A stretch of DNA of 64,000 bases, from positions 2,312-66,311 of the forward strand of contig JBBQRH010000014.1 in the NCBI GenBank assembly GCA_038215035.1, given 5' to 3'. The position numbers and the translations under genes were made by a program. The notes under the pieces are model-generated. The model was not told the origin of the DNA. It saw only the letters and a list, made by a program, of their open reading frames with translations, and did no database searches. Positions 52,645-61,900 of this stretch are shown in pieces (position 1 is the first letter of the stretch; each line of letters starts with the position of its first letter). This DNA comes from Gemmatimonadales bacterium. Lineage in GTDB: Bacteria > Gemmatimonadota > Gemmatimonadetes > Gemmatimonadales > Gemmatimonadaceae.

Positions 52645-53370
52645 ATGACGGCAGCGCTGCGTGTGATCATTGCAGACGACGAGCCGCTTGCGCGGCAGTC
52701 GCTGCGGCGCTGCGTCACGTCGGACGCGAGCTTCACCGTGGTCGCGGAGGCGGACGATCTGCCAGCGCTGCGGACGATACTTCAGTCGCAGCGCGCAGAT
52801 CTGCTCTTCCTCGACATTACGATGCCCGGCGGCACAGGCTTCGACGCGCTGCCGTTCGTTCAGGCCGGTACTGCGATCGTTTTCACCACGGCACACGCAG
52901 AACATGCAGCCGCCGCCTTCGACATCGACGCCGTAGACTATCTGGTGAAGCCTTTCGGCATGGATCGTGTGCGCGAAGCGCTGGCACGTGTCCGCCGCTG
53001 GCACGGCGCCCGCGACGCACGCGGTACGGCGCCGCTCCGCATGCTCCTGGTACGCAGTGGCACGCGCCTCCATCCGGTACCCGTGGGGCACGTATGGCGA
53101 TTTGAGGGGTGTGATGATTTCGTGCGCGTCGTCACCGCAGACAAGTGTTGGCTGCATGGAACGACGCTTTCCGCACTCTGCGCCCAGCTCGATGACGCAG
53201 TCTTCGTGCGCGTGCACCGTAGCCATGTCATCAATCTGAAATACATCGCGCGCCTCGTCCCAAGCGACGAACGACGGCTCGCAGCCGAGTTCCCGGACGG
53301 CACCCACGTGATCTGCAGCCGTGCCGGATCGACACTTCTCCGGCAACGCGCGCGCGCCGTGGACCGCTGA
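52645..53370 (+). CDS. LytTR-family response regulator
   Basis: LRVIIADDEPLARQSLRR...DLLFLDITMPG...AVDYLVKPF (receiver domain), then the LytTR region FVRVHRSHVINLKYI. The ATG is 2 nt after the kinase stop. Confidence 0.88.
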   Translation: MTAALRVIIADDEPLARQSLRRCVTSDASFTVVAEADDLPALRTILQSQRADLLFLDITMPGGTGFDALPFVQAGTAIVFTTAHAEHAAAAFDIDAVDYLVKPFGMDRVREALARVRRWHGARDARGTAPLRMLLVRSGTRLHPVPVGHVWRFEGCDDFVRVVTADKCWLHGTTLSALCAQLDDAVFVRVHRSHVINLKYIARLVPSDERRLAAEFPDGTHVICSRAGSTLLRQRARAVDR

Positions 53371-53465
53371 CCGAGCCAATCGGCCGGTTCGCCGGATGGG
53401 GACTGGTCCCTTCACTGCGCAGGCAAGCAGCTTCCGTCGTGTCCTTCATCAACACTGAGGAGCGT

Positions 53466-54815
53466 ATGCTTTGTCGCGTGTCCGCTGTCGTACGACCCGC
53501 TCGATCAGTGATCATCACGCTGCTGGTAGCCTGCAGTGCACTGGCGCAAAGTCCGATGCTTGGCCAGCGCAGCCTGCCGGTAATCGAACTGCGCGGCGGA
53601 CACTGGTTCGATGGTCGCCGATTTGCCAGCGGATCCCGCTGGATTCAAGGCGGGCAGATTGTCGATCGGCCGGCCGTTGCCGCTGACAGCGTGGTCGATC
53701 TGACTGGACGCTGGATGGTCCCGCCGTACGGCGACGCCCACACGCACAGCCCGGATGGACCGTACGGATTCGAGGCCATTCGCGACATGTACCTTCGCCT
53801 TGGCGTGTTCTATGTGCAGTCGCTCACGAACACGCGCAGTGGCCGGCTGGCGCTGGCCGGCCGGGTAAACACGGCTGCGAGCGTGGACGTCGCCTTCGCC
53901 GATGGCGCCGTCACCAGCACGGGGGGCCATCCGCAGGTCCTGTACGAGTCGCTCGGCCTGTACCGCCGCTTTTGGCAAACAGATGCGGAGCGTGCCGAGG
54001 CCGCGCGCAGCCTCCGTCGCGACGGTGATGTGTACCATCGGCTCGACAGCGTTTCGCAGGTGCCGGCACTGGTGACCCTGCTGTCGCGCGACACGCTGCC
54101 GGTTCTGAAGGTGATGCTGCTCGACTCCGAGCACTGGGACACGCGGCACTCCGACTCGACGCAGGCCGGATTTTACGGGCTCAACCCAGCGCTCCTTCCC
54201 CCGCTGGTGGACGCTGCACATCGCATGGGACGACGCGTGTGGGCGCACGTCGAGACGCCGACCGATATGGCAATCGCGCTCAACGCCGGAGTGGACGGAT
54301 TTGCTCACGTCGCGGGCTATGGTGCAAGCGGAGCGACCGACAGCGCGGCGCGCTCCCTCCTCATTCCGGATTCCATCGTACGTCTCGCCGGTACGCGTCA
54401 TGTCATGATGACGCCGACGCTGGAACTAGCCGCTCGTGCGGCGGGCACCGATACCGCAAAGATGCGTCGCTTCATGGCGGTCACCGTCCGCAACGCGCGT
54501 GCACTTCGCAAGGCCGGCGTGAGACTGCTGGCAGGCAGCGATACCTACAGCGACGCGGGCATCGTCAGCGGTGATCCGGCGGCCACGGCGCGGCTGCTTG
54601 GTCTCTCGCCGCTGGAGTTCCTGCGACTTTGGGCGGTGGAGACCCCGACTGCCATCTTCCCCGCGCGGCGGATTGGCCAACTCGCACCGGGATTCGAGTC
54701 GAGCATGTTGGCTCTCACCTGCAATCCGCTGGCGTCGACCGCCTGCCTTTCGTCGATCGGAATGTGGCTCAAGCAGGGGACGTGGATTTCGGTGCCGCCA
54801 GCACCGAAGGAGTGA
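53466..54815 (+). CDS. Secreted amidohydrolase-family (metal-dependent hydrolase) protein
   Basis: ATG 53466 is preceded by GAGGAG. Signal peptide VIITLLVACSALAQ. YGDAHTHS (HxH), VWAHVETP, GFAHVAG, LLAGSDT. Confidence 0.75.
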   Translation: MLCRVSAVVRPARSVIITLLVACSALAQSPMLGQRSLPVIELRGGHWFDGRRFASGSRWIQGGQIVDRPAVAADSVVDLTGRWMVPPYGDAHTHSPDGPYGFEAIRDMYLRLGVFYVQSLTNTRSGRLALAGRVNTAASVDVAFADGAVTSTGGHPQVLYESLGLYRRFWQTDAERAEAARSLRRDGDVYHRLDSVSQVPALVTLLSRDTLPVLKVMLLDSEHWDTRHSDSTQAGFYGLNPALLPPLVDAAHRMGRRVWAHVETPTDMAIALNAGVDGFAHVAGYGASGATDSAARSLLIPDSIVRLAGTRHVMMTPTLELAARAAGTDTAKMRRFMAVTVRNARALRKAGVRLLAGSDTYSDAGIVSGDPAATARLLGLSPLEFLRLWAVETPTAIFPARRIGQLAPGFESSMLALTCNPLASTACLSSIGMWLKQGTWISVPPAPKE

Positions 54816-54890
54816 ACGACGCCGTTCCCCGCTGGGCTGGTGCCGAAGACGTGCGCACGCGAGACTCGTCGCATGCCCCTTCCACACATC

Positions 54891-55877
54891 ATGCGCGCTG
54901 CCGTCATAACGCGGCCCGGCGGCCCCGAGGTTTTCGAAATCCAATCGCGACCGGTGCCAAGCCCCGGACGTGGCGAACTGCTCATCCGCGTGCGTGCCTC
55001 GGCGATCAATCGCGCGGACCTCCTGCAGCGCATCGGGCGGTACCCCGCCCCTCCTGGTGCGCCTGCGGACATTCCTGGCCTCGAGTTCGCTGGAGAGATC
55101 GCCTTGCTGGGCGACGGCGTCACCGGCTGGAAAGTGGGAGACCGAGTGTGTGGTCTCGTCGGTGGTGGCGCTCACGCCGAATACCTCACGACGCACGAGC
55201 GGACGGTTGCACGCGTTCCGGACGGGCTGTCGTGGGAGGTCGCGGGCGCCGCGCCCGAGGCGTACATCACCGCCCATGACGCGCTTGTGACGCAGGCCGG
55301 TCTTCGGCCAGGTGAGCTGGTGCTGGTGCATGCCGTCGGCAGCGGCGTTGGGCTGGCGGCGGTACAGTTGGCCACCCAACTCGGCGCCACGGTGTTCGGA
55401 ACGGCGCGGGGTCCAGGCAAGCTGGAGGTTGCACGCGCGATGGGAATGCGCGACGGCTGCCAACCAGCGGCGGTCGGCTGGGTCGCGGAAGCCGCCGGAC
55501 GCTGGAGCGCCGGTCGAGGGGTGGATGTCGTCATCGATCTGGTCGGCGGCGACTACACCGCGGAGAGTCTGTCCGCAATGGCACCAAAGGGCCGTCTGAT
55601 GCTGATCGGCGCCCTCGCCGGGTCCAAGGCGACCGTCGATCTTCGTACAGTCCTGGGCAAGCGACTCACCATCCGCGGTACCGTGCTGCGCAGCCGGCCG
55701 CTCGAGGAGCGCATCCAGTGCATTCAGGCCTTCGAGCGGGAGGTGCTGCCCTGGCTGGCGAGCGGCCGCCTGACGCCGCGCATCGATGCCTCGTTCGAAC
55801 TGGGGGCGATTGCAGAGGCGCATGCGCTCGTCGAGGGCAATGGCACGATCGGCAAGGTTGCGCTCTCGATCGCGTGA
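54891..55877 (+). CDS. NAD(P)H:quinone oxidoreductase (MDR superfamily, PIG3/Qor-like)
   Basis: MRAAVITRPGGPEVFEIQ...LIRVRASAINRADLLQRIGRYP.PPGA..IPGLEFAGEI...VHAVGSGVGLAAVQLA...GKVAL. ATG 54873 or GTG 54840 are alternative starts. Confidence 0.85.
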   Translation: MRAAVITRPGGPEVFEIQSRPVPSPGRGELLIRVRASAINRADLLQRIGRYPAPPGAPADIPGLEFAGEIALLGDGVTGWKVGDRVCGLVGGGAHAEYLTTHERTVARVPDGLSWEVAGAAPEAYITAHDALVTQAGLRPGELVLVHAVGSGVGLAAVQLATQLGATVFGTARGPGKLEVARAMGMRDGCQPAAVGWVAEAAGRWSAGRGVDVVIDLVGGDYTAESLSAMAPKGRLMLIGALAGSKATVDLRTVLGKRLTIRGTVLRSRPLEERIQCIQAFEREVLPWLASGRLTPRIDASFELGAIAEAHALVEGNGTIGKVALSIA

Positions 55878-55952
55878 GGGAGTTCCCCTGTGGTCGGCCC
55901 ACGGGTATGTTTGGAGGCTAGTCCGCGCCAGGCGTCGTCTGCGCGGGACAAC

Positions 55953-55981
55953 GGTCGCCCCGAAGTGGGGCGGCCTTCATT
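55953..55981 (+). terminator. Rho-independent terminator after the quinone oxidoreductase gene
   Basis: ggtcgcccc-gaagt-ggggcggcc, a 9-bp stem with one G:U pair, followed by ttcatt. Confidence 0.5.
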
Positions 55982-56055
55982 CCCCTCCTCCCGCGTCGGC
56001 AACCCGCGGGGGGCGGTTCTGACCACAGGGAGGATTGCCACTCGTGACCGCAATC

Positions 56056-56424
56056 ATGCGTCCGTACGAGGCCGTCTACATCTTCGACAGTTCGCTCGAG
56101 GATGGCGTGATCGCCGAAAAGCTGGCCAAGCACCATGGCCTGTTGTCGCTGACCGAAGAGGCCACGATCGACAACTGGGGCCGTCGCCAGCTGGCCTATC
56201 AGATCAAGAAGCGCGACATCGGATACTACGTCGTCGCGCGCTTCACCACCGAGACGGGCAAGCTGCCGGAGTTCGAGCGTTCGCTGAAGCTCGACGACAG
56301 TGTGCTCCGTTACCTCATCTCGTTGCACGAGAATGAGTTGGGTGCCCCGCCGCTCACCGAAGAGCAGCTGGAAGCCAAGCGCCGCGCAGACGAAGCGGGC
56401 GACGACGACGACGACGAGGATTAA
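56056..56424 (+). CDS. rpsF: 30S ribosomal protein S6 (with poly-acidic C-terminal tail)
   Basis: MRPYEAVYIFDSSLED...NWGRRQLAYQIKK...GYYVV...LRYLI. Tail DEAGDDDDDED. Confidence 0.92.
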   Translation: MRPYEAVYIFDSSLEDGVIAEKLAKHHGLLSLTEEATIDNWGRRQLAYQIKKRDIGYYVVARFTTETGKLPEFERSLKLDDSVLRYLISLHENELGAPPLTEEQLEAKRRADEAGDDDDDED

Positions 56425-56427
56425 CCC

Positions 56428-56652
56428 ATGGCCCGCCGCAACAAGAAGCCCAGCCCGGTGAACGAGGCTGGCATCCGTTTCGTGGATTACAAGGACGAAC
56501 GCTTCCTGAGCCGCTTCATCACCGAGAACGGCAAGATTTTGCCGAGCCGGCTGAGTGGAGTGGATGCCCGTCACCAGCGTCAGCTGGCGTTGGCGATCAA
56601 GAAGGCCCGGTATCTGGCGCTGCTGCCGTACACCCGCTCGAGCAAGGCGTGA
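56428..56652 (+). CDS. rpsR: 30S ribosomal protein S18
   Basis: [53 protein letters not shown]. Confidence 0.95.
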   Translation: MARRNKKPSPVNEAGIRFVDYKDERFLSRFITENGKILPSRLSGVDARHQRQLALAIKKARYLALLPYTRSSKA

Positions 56653-56659
56653 TCGCTCG

Positions 56660-57685
56660 ATGACGGATCCGTCCACGCCGGCGCCGAGTCGTGGCTGGTG
56701 GTGGATCGGAGTGGCCCTGTTCGCCTACATGATCGCCGCCGACCTGCCGGTCGCGCAGACATTGCTGCCAGTGCATCGGCCACTGTTGCTGTTCTTTCCG
56801 ATGCTGGCGAGCTGCGCCATCATCGGGTGGTGGCGCGGCGGCAGTTGGGAGATCGCGCTGGTGTCGGTTTTGGCGACGGCGTGGGGCGTCTGGTGGGTCG
56901 CCCGCTCGGGGGTGAGCAGCGACATGCTCGCCGCTGGCTGGTCGCTGTTGGCGGCCGGCGGTTTGGGGTTGTCACTCCTGGCGTCGCGGTCGAAGTGGTT
57001 TCTGGGCAAGGGCGTCGTTGCGACCCTCGGGTCGCTGCTCCTGGCAGTGTTGCTGGTGGTGGCGATACCGTCGGGCACATCGGGGCTCTGGCAGACGGTG
57101 AATGCAGTGCTGGAGGTGCGTGGTAATGCGGACCTGAACAACTGGCGCGTGGCGCGGACGCAGATGGAGCGATCGAGCGCCCCGCAGCCGGCTGACAGTG
57201 CGACGGTCGCCATGCTGGATCGCTTCGAAGGGCAGCTGTCCGCATTGCCGCAGTTGGCGCGCAGAGTCCTGCCGTCGATGCTGGCGCTGCAGACATTGGC
57301 GGCGATGGCGTTGGCCTGGGCGCTCTTCCATCGGCTCAGCCGGGCTCGGCTGGGAGATCCGCTGGGACGTCTGCGCGACTTTCGGTTCAACGATCACTGG
57401 ATCTGGTCGCTGATCGTCGGGTTGGTGCTGGCGCTGCTGCCGGCGCTCGAGCTGCTGCGGCCGCTCGGTGTGAACCTGTTGGTGTTCTTTGGGACGTTAT
57501 ATGCGCTGCGAGGCGTTGGAGTCCTGATGTTTTTTCTTCGGCCAGGGCGTTCCCTGTTCGGAGTGCTGGTTGGAGTGGCGCTGTTGCTGCTGCTGCGGGA
57601 TGGCGCGGCGATCGCGCTCGGTTTGGTGGGACTGGGCGATACTTGGGCCGACTGGCGACGCCGGATCCGGCCAGCGGTTTCCTGA
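56660..57685 (+). CDS. Multi-pass membrane protein between rpsR and rplI (DUF2232/YybS-like by size and position)
   Basis: About 8 hydrophobic segments. ATG at 56660. It occupies the slot held by yybS-type genes upstream of rplI in some phyla. Family assignment is tentative. Confidence 0.55.
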   Translation: MTDPSTPAPSRGWWWIGVALFAYMIAADLPVAQTLLPVHRPLLLFFPMLASCAIIGWWRGGSWEIALVSVLATAWGVWWVARSGVSSDMLAAGWSLLAAGGLGLSLLASRSKWFLGKGVVATLGSLLLAVLLVVAIPSGTSGLWQTVNAVLEVRGNADLNNWRVARTQMERSSAPQPADSATVAMLDRFEGQLSALPQLARRVLPSMLALQTLAAMALAWALFHRLSRARLGDPLGRLRDFRFNDHWIWSLIVGLVLALLPALELLRPLGVNLLVFFGTLYALRGVGVLMFFLRPGRSLFGVLVGVALLLLLRDGAAIALGLVGLGDTWADWRRRIRPAVS

Positions 57686-57703
57686 CCTGAGGAGGGTGAA
57701 ACG

Positions 57704-58147
57704 ATGGAAGTGATTCTTCGGCAAGCGGTGGACAGCCTCGGACATGCCGGTGACCTGGTCAAGGTCTCCAGCGGCTTTGCGCGCAACTTCCTGCTGCCGC
57801 GCGGCATGGCCCTGCCGGCCACCGATGGCAACAAGAAGCGGATCGTGATGGAGAAGGCGAAGCTCGTCGCGGCAGAAGAGGGACGTGTGGCAATCGCTGA
57901 GGAGGAGGCCAAGAAGTACGCCGACCTCTCGATCACCTTCGCCGCCCGTGTGGGCGAAGAAGGCAAGCTCTTCGGCTCAGTGACCTCGGGCGATATTGCC
58001 GAGCAGCTGAAGGCGCAGGGCCTGCATGTCGAAAAGCGGCAGATCGAACTGCAGGAGCCGATCAAGGCCCTGGGTGTCTACAAGGTGGCGATCCGGCTGC
58101 ACGCCGACGTGAAGCCGGAAGTGAAGGTCTGGGTGATCAAGGGCTGA
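57704..58147 (+). CDS. rplI: 50S ribosomal protein L9
   Basis: MEVILRQAVDSLGHAGDLVKVSSGFARNFLLPRGMALPAT...GKLFGSVTSGDIAEQL. SD GAGGAGGG upstream. Confidence 0.95.
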   Translation: MEVILRQAVDSLGHAGDLVKVSSGFARNFLLPRGMALPATDGNKKRIVMEKAKLVAAEEGRVAIAEEEAKKYADLSITFAARVGEEGKLFGSVTSGDIAEQLKAQGLHVEKRQIELQEPIKALGVYKVAIRLHADVKPEVKVWVIKG

Positions 58148-58224
58148 CCTTCCGGTTCTGTCTCGCTCCGGAACGCTGTTCACGCGGGGCGCGAAAGGAT
58201 TGCGGAGGGACGCAGGGAATTACG

Positions 58225-58276
58225 AACGGCTGTAGGAACAGCGTCCCACGGGCGCAGTTCCCACAGCCGTTTTTTC
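58225..58276 (+). terminator. Rho-independent terminator of the rpsF-rplI unit
   Basis: Long hairpin aacggctgtaggaac...gttcccacagccgtt, with an inner gcgtcc-cac-gggcgc stem, followed by tttttt. Confidence 0.7.
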
Positions 58277-58525
58277 TCTGTGCACCTCCGCCCCCCTGTA
58301 GTCTCCGCGCTAACACTGTGGACAAGGCCGGGATTGGACCAGTGCCGGTGTCGCGGGGGAATGCCCCGGTTGGCGTGTCCGGGCGAGCCGAGGACGTCAA
58401 AAGTTTGGCGCTGGTTGCGTGGTTCGGGCGGCGACGGGTTAACCTACAGGTGGTCGCTCCCGGCAATCGTCGATTAACGGGCTCCTGAGCCATCAGGCGG
58501 AGTTCCTCCGCCGTTCCATATATCG

Positions 58526-58915
58526 ATGACCGCATTGAAGAGTACGACCCGCGCCTCGAAGGCCGCCTCGAAAGCCGCGGCGGAAGCCCTGGCCAAGCGC
58601 GCAGCGCAGCTGATGAGTGAGTTCAAGGGTACGGACATCCAGGTGCTGTCACTGGATGGACTGACCGACATGACGGATTTCTTCGTGATTGCATCCGGTA
58701 CCTCGGATACGCACGTACGCAGCATGGCGGACCACGTGGTGCGCACCCTGCGTGAGGGCGGCGAGCGCGTCACGCACGCCGAGGGTGTGGAACAGGGGCG
58801 CTGGGCGCTCCTCGACTACACCGACGTGGTGATCCATGTCTTCCATCCGACGCTGCGGAACTTCTATCAGCTCGAGCGGTTGTGGAGTGATGCGGAGCGT
58901 GTGGCATTCGAGTGA
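58526..58915 (+). CDS. rsfS: Ribosome silencing factor RsfS (Iojap family)
   Basis: KGTDIQVLSLDGLTDMTDFFVIASGTSDTHVRSMADHV...EGVEQGRWALLDYTDVVIHVFHP..R.FYQLERLW. Confidence 0.9.
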   Translation: MTALKSTTRASKAASKAAAEALAKRAAQLMSEFKGTDIQVLSLDGLTDMTDFFVIASGTSDTHVRSMADHVVRTLREGGERVTHAEGVEQGRWALLDYTDVVIHVFHPTLRNFYQLERLWSDAERVAFE

Positions 58916-58961
58916 GGCGGGACTGAGGCAACTGGTCGCAAATGGTCCGGAGGGACTGGTA

Positions 58962-61900
58962 ATGCGGATACGGCAAATCCTGTTGGTGGCAATCACCATG
59001 ACGCTGACCCTCGCGCCAGCGGTTGGCGCGCAGGGCTATTTTGGCCAGAATCAGGTCCAGTACAACAAGTTTCAGTGGCGGGTGCTCGAGACCGAACACT
59101 TCCGGATCCATTACTACAAGGAAGAAAAGGCCGCGGTGGAAGATGCCGCGCGCATGGCCGAACGGTCATACGCACGACTCTCACGCATCCTCGGCCACGA
59201 GTTCCGTGAGCGCAAGCCGATCGTGATCTTCGCCAGCCGCACCGACTTCGCGCAGAACAACATCTTCGGTGATCTGGGTGAAGGCACCGGCGGCGTGACC
59301 GATGCCATGCGCCAGCGCAATGTGCTGCCGCTCACGGGTGACTACCGCACCTTCGAGCATGTGCTCGCGCACGAAATGGTGCATCAGTTCCAGTACGACG
59401 TGTTCTCGCGCGGCCGCGCCGGTGCCAACCTGCAGGCGCTGCAGGCCGTGAACCCGCCGCTGTGGCTCATGGAAGGCATGGCCGAGTATCTGTCGCTCGG
59501 CACCGATCACAAGTTCACCGACATGTGGCTGCGCGATGCGGCCATGAACGGCGACATCCCGTCGATCGAGCAGATGACGCTGTACCCCGATCGCTTCTTT
59601 CCGTACCGGTTCGGTGAATCGCTGATGCGCTACATCGGCGAGCGATGGGGCGACCAGGTCATCGGACAGATTCTCGAGGCGGTTCCGAATGTCGGCGTCG
59701 AGCGCGCCTTCCGCCGCGAGCTCGGGCTCTCGCTGGAAGAGTTGAGCGACGACTGGAAGGACGCACTGCAGAAGCAGTATCTGCCGACGATCGTGAACCT
59801 CGATCGTCCGCGACGCTTTGCCGAAAGCCTGCTCAGCGGCAAGAAGAGCGGTGGCGACATTTTCCTTGCCCCGAGCCTTTCCGACGACGGCAACAACATC
59901 GTCTTCCTGTCGAATGGCAGCTTCCTTCGCGGCGAGGTTTTCATCGACCTCTGGCTCGCGAATGCGCGGACCGGCAAGCGAATTCGGCGTCTGGTTGAGA
60001 GCACGAACAACCCGAATGCCGAGGAACTTCGGCTGCTCTACAGCCAGAGCTCATTCTCCCCCGATGGCAAGGACGTGGCGTACGTGGGCCAGCGCCGCGG
60101 CAAAGATGTGTTGTTCGTGACCCGCACCCGCGGCGGCAACACCCGTCGCATCGACCTGCCGGTGGACGGGGTGCTGAGCCCCGTCTTCACCCCGGATGGC
60201 CGTCACATCGTGTTCAGCGCCAACAAGGGCGGGGTGACCGACCTGGCGATCGTGGCGGTGGATGGCACCGGCTTCCGGAAGCTCACCAACGACCTGCATG
60301 GCGACTACATGCCGAACGTGTCACCCGACGGCCGGACCATCGCCTTCTCCAGTGACCGCGGCGCCGAGACGGATTTCGAGCTGCTACGCTTCAGCCGCTG
60401 GAAGATCTCGCTGTATGATCTCGCCACCGGCGCGATCACCGTGCTGCCGAACCAGCCCGGCCTGAGCATCAATCCGCAGTGGGCCCCCGACGGCAAAAGC
60501 ATTGCATACATCACCGATCGTAACGGCGTGCCGAACGTCTTTCTCTACGATTTCACCAATCGCGAGCACTATCAGCTGACGAACGTGGCCGGTGGCGTGT
60601 CGGGTATCACGGAGTTCAGCCCGGCGCTGACCTGGGCGCGCACCGCCGACCGACTCGCGTTCGTGCACTTCGAACGGAAGGGCGAGTACACGGTCTGGAC
60701 GGTGGACAACCCGCGCTCGCTGAAAAAGGAGCCCTACCGCGCGCCGGTGACGGCGCCTGCCACGATGGTGGCCACCAACAACAACGGTATCACACTGACG
60801 CCCAGTGCTCCGGCGGTGCCAGGCATTGTGGCGGTGCAGCCCACGGTACCGTCACGCCCCGCCGATGTGGTCATCCCCGGTGCGACGCGGCCGGGTGGCG
60901 AGCCAGCACCGAGGGCGCCCGTGCCGGGCACCGTCGCCAGGCAGCCCGGCAACGGCCCCGTGCCCACGGTCGCGCTGGCACCGCCACGTTTTCCGTCACG
61001 CTCCGTCTACCGCGGCAGCGAGGGCACGCGCAGGTCCGACTCGCTGCCCGCGCGCCTGGAGCGCGACTCGACTCTGGCCAGCGTCGACCAGTTGCTCGAC
61101 AGCGCCGACCTCGCCCTCCCCGACCCGACGCGCTTCCGCGACGGGCCGTACAAGGTAGCTTTTGAAGCCGATTACGTGGCGCGGCCCAGCATCGGGTATG
61201 CGCAGGACAACTTCGGCCGCGGCCTCTTCGGCGGCACCACCGTGATGCTCAGCGATCTGCTCGGCAACAACCGGCTGGCGTTCACCGCACAGGTGAACGG
61301 GCGTGTGCAGGACGCGATTCTGTACGCCGGATACACCAACCTCGCCGGCAAGCTGCAGTACAACGCCGCCGTCTCGCAGTTTCCGTTCTTCTTCTTCAAT
61401 GGACAGGACGTCGCGCAGGTGTCTCCTGGCGTCTTCCAGGAGAATCAGAGCCTCGCCCGCTTCGTCTTGCGTGACGTCGGCATCACGTCGCTGTTGCCGA
61501 AAAACCGTTTCAAGCGCTTCGAGCTTGGCCTCGGCATGCAGAACATCGGACGTTCGAATGTGATCCTGGCTCGCCAGTTCAACAGCTTCGGCGAGAGCAG
61601 CCTGTTCCGGCGGGTCGCCGACGAAAATCTGGGAACGCTCTGGCTCCTGCAACCAAAGCTGGCGTTCGTGTCCGACAACACGCTCAATGGCTATACGTCG
61701 CCGATCATGGGTCGGCGCATGCGACTGGCGTATGAGCCGACGATCGGCAGCCGGCAATGGCAGGAGCTGGCGGCCGACTACCGTCGCTACGACCCGATCC
61801 TCTTCAACTTCCTGACGGTCGCCACCCGTTTCACCGGCGTGGCACGGGTCGGGCGCGACGAATCGTTCTTCCCGAACTACATCGGCAACCCGAACAACTT

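Noticed and set aside
48905-53370. GGDEF cyclase, NPP phosphodiesterase and LytS/LytTR genes as a possible linked nucleotide-signalling system.
   Set aside because: The genes are separated by a terminator-like hairpin (50108-50142) and normal intergenic gaps. Each is a common stand-alone family, and nothing in the sequence ties them together beyond adjacency.
54426-55823. 465-aa minus-strand ORF.
   Set aside because: It is antisense to the amidohydrolase 3' end and to the quinone oxidoreductase gene. Its composition is Arg/Gly/Ala-rich shadow-frame sequence.
55982-56055. Possible rpsF 5' leader (S6:S18-binding autoregulatory RNA) between the upstream terminator and the rpsF ATG.
   Set aside because: The region is GC-rich and can form small hairpins (cccgcg...cgcggg). 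I cannot confirm the conserved motif by eye, and that needs an Rfam/Infernal search.
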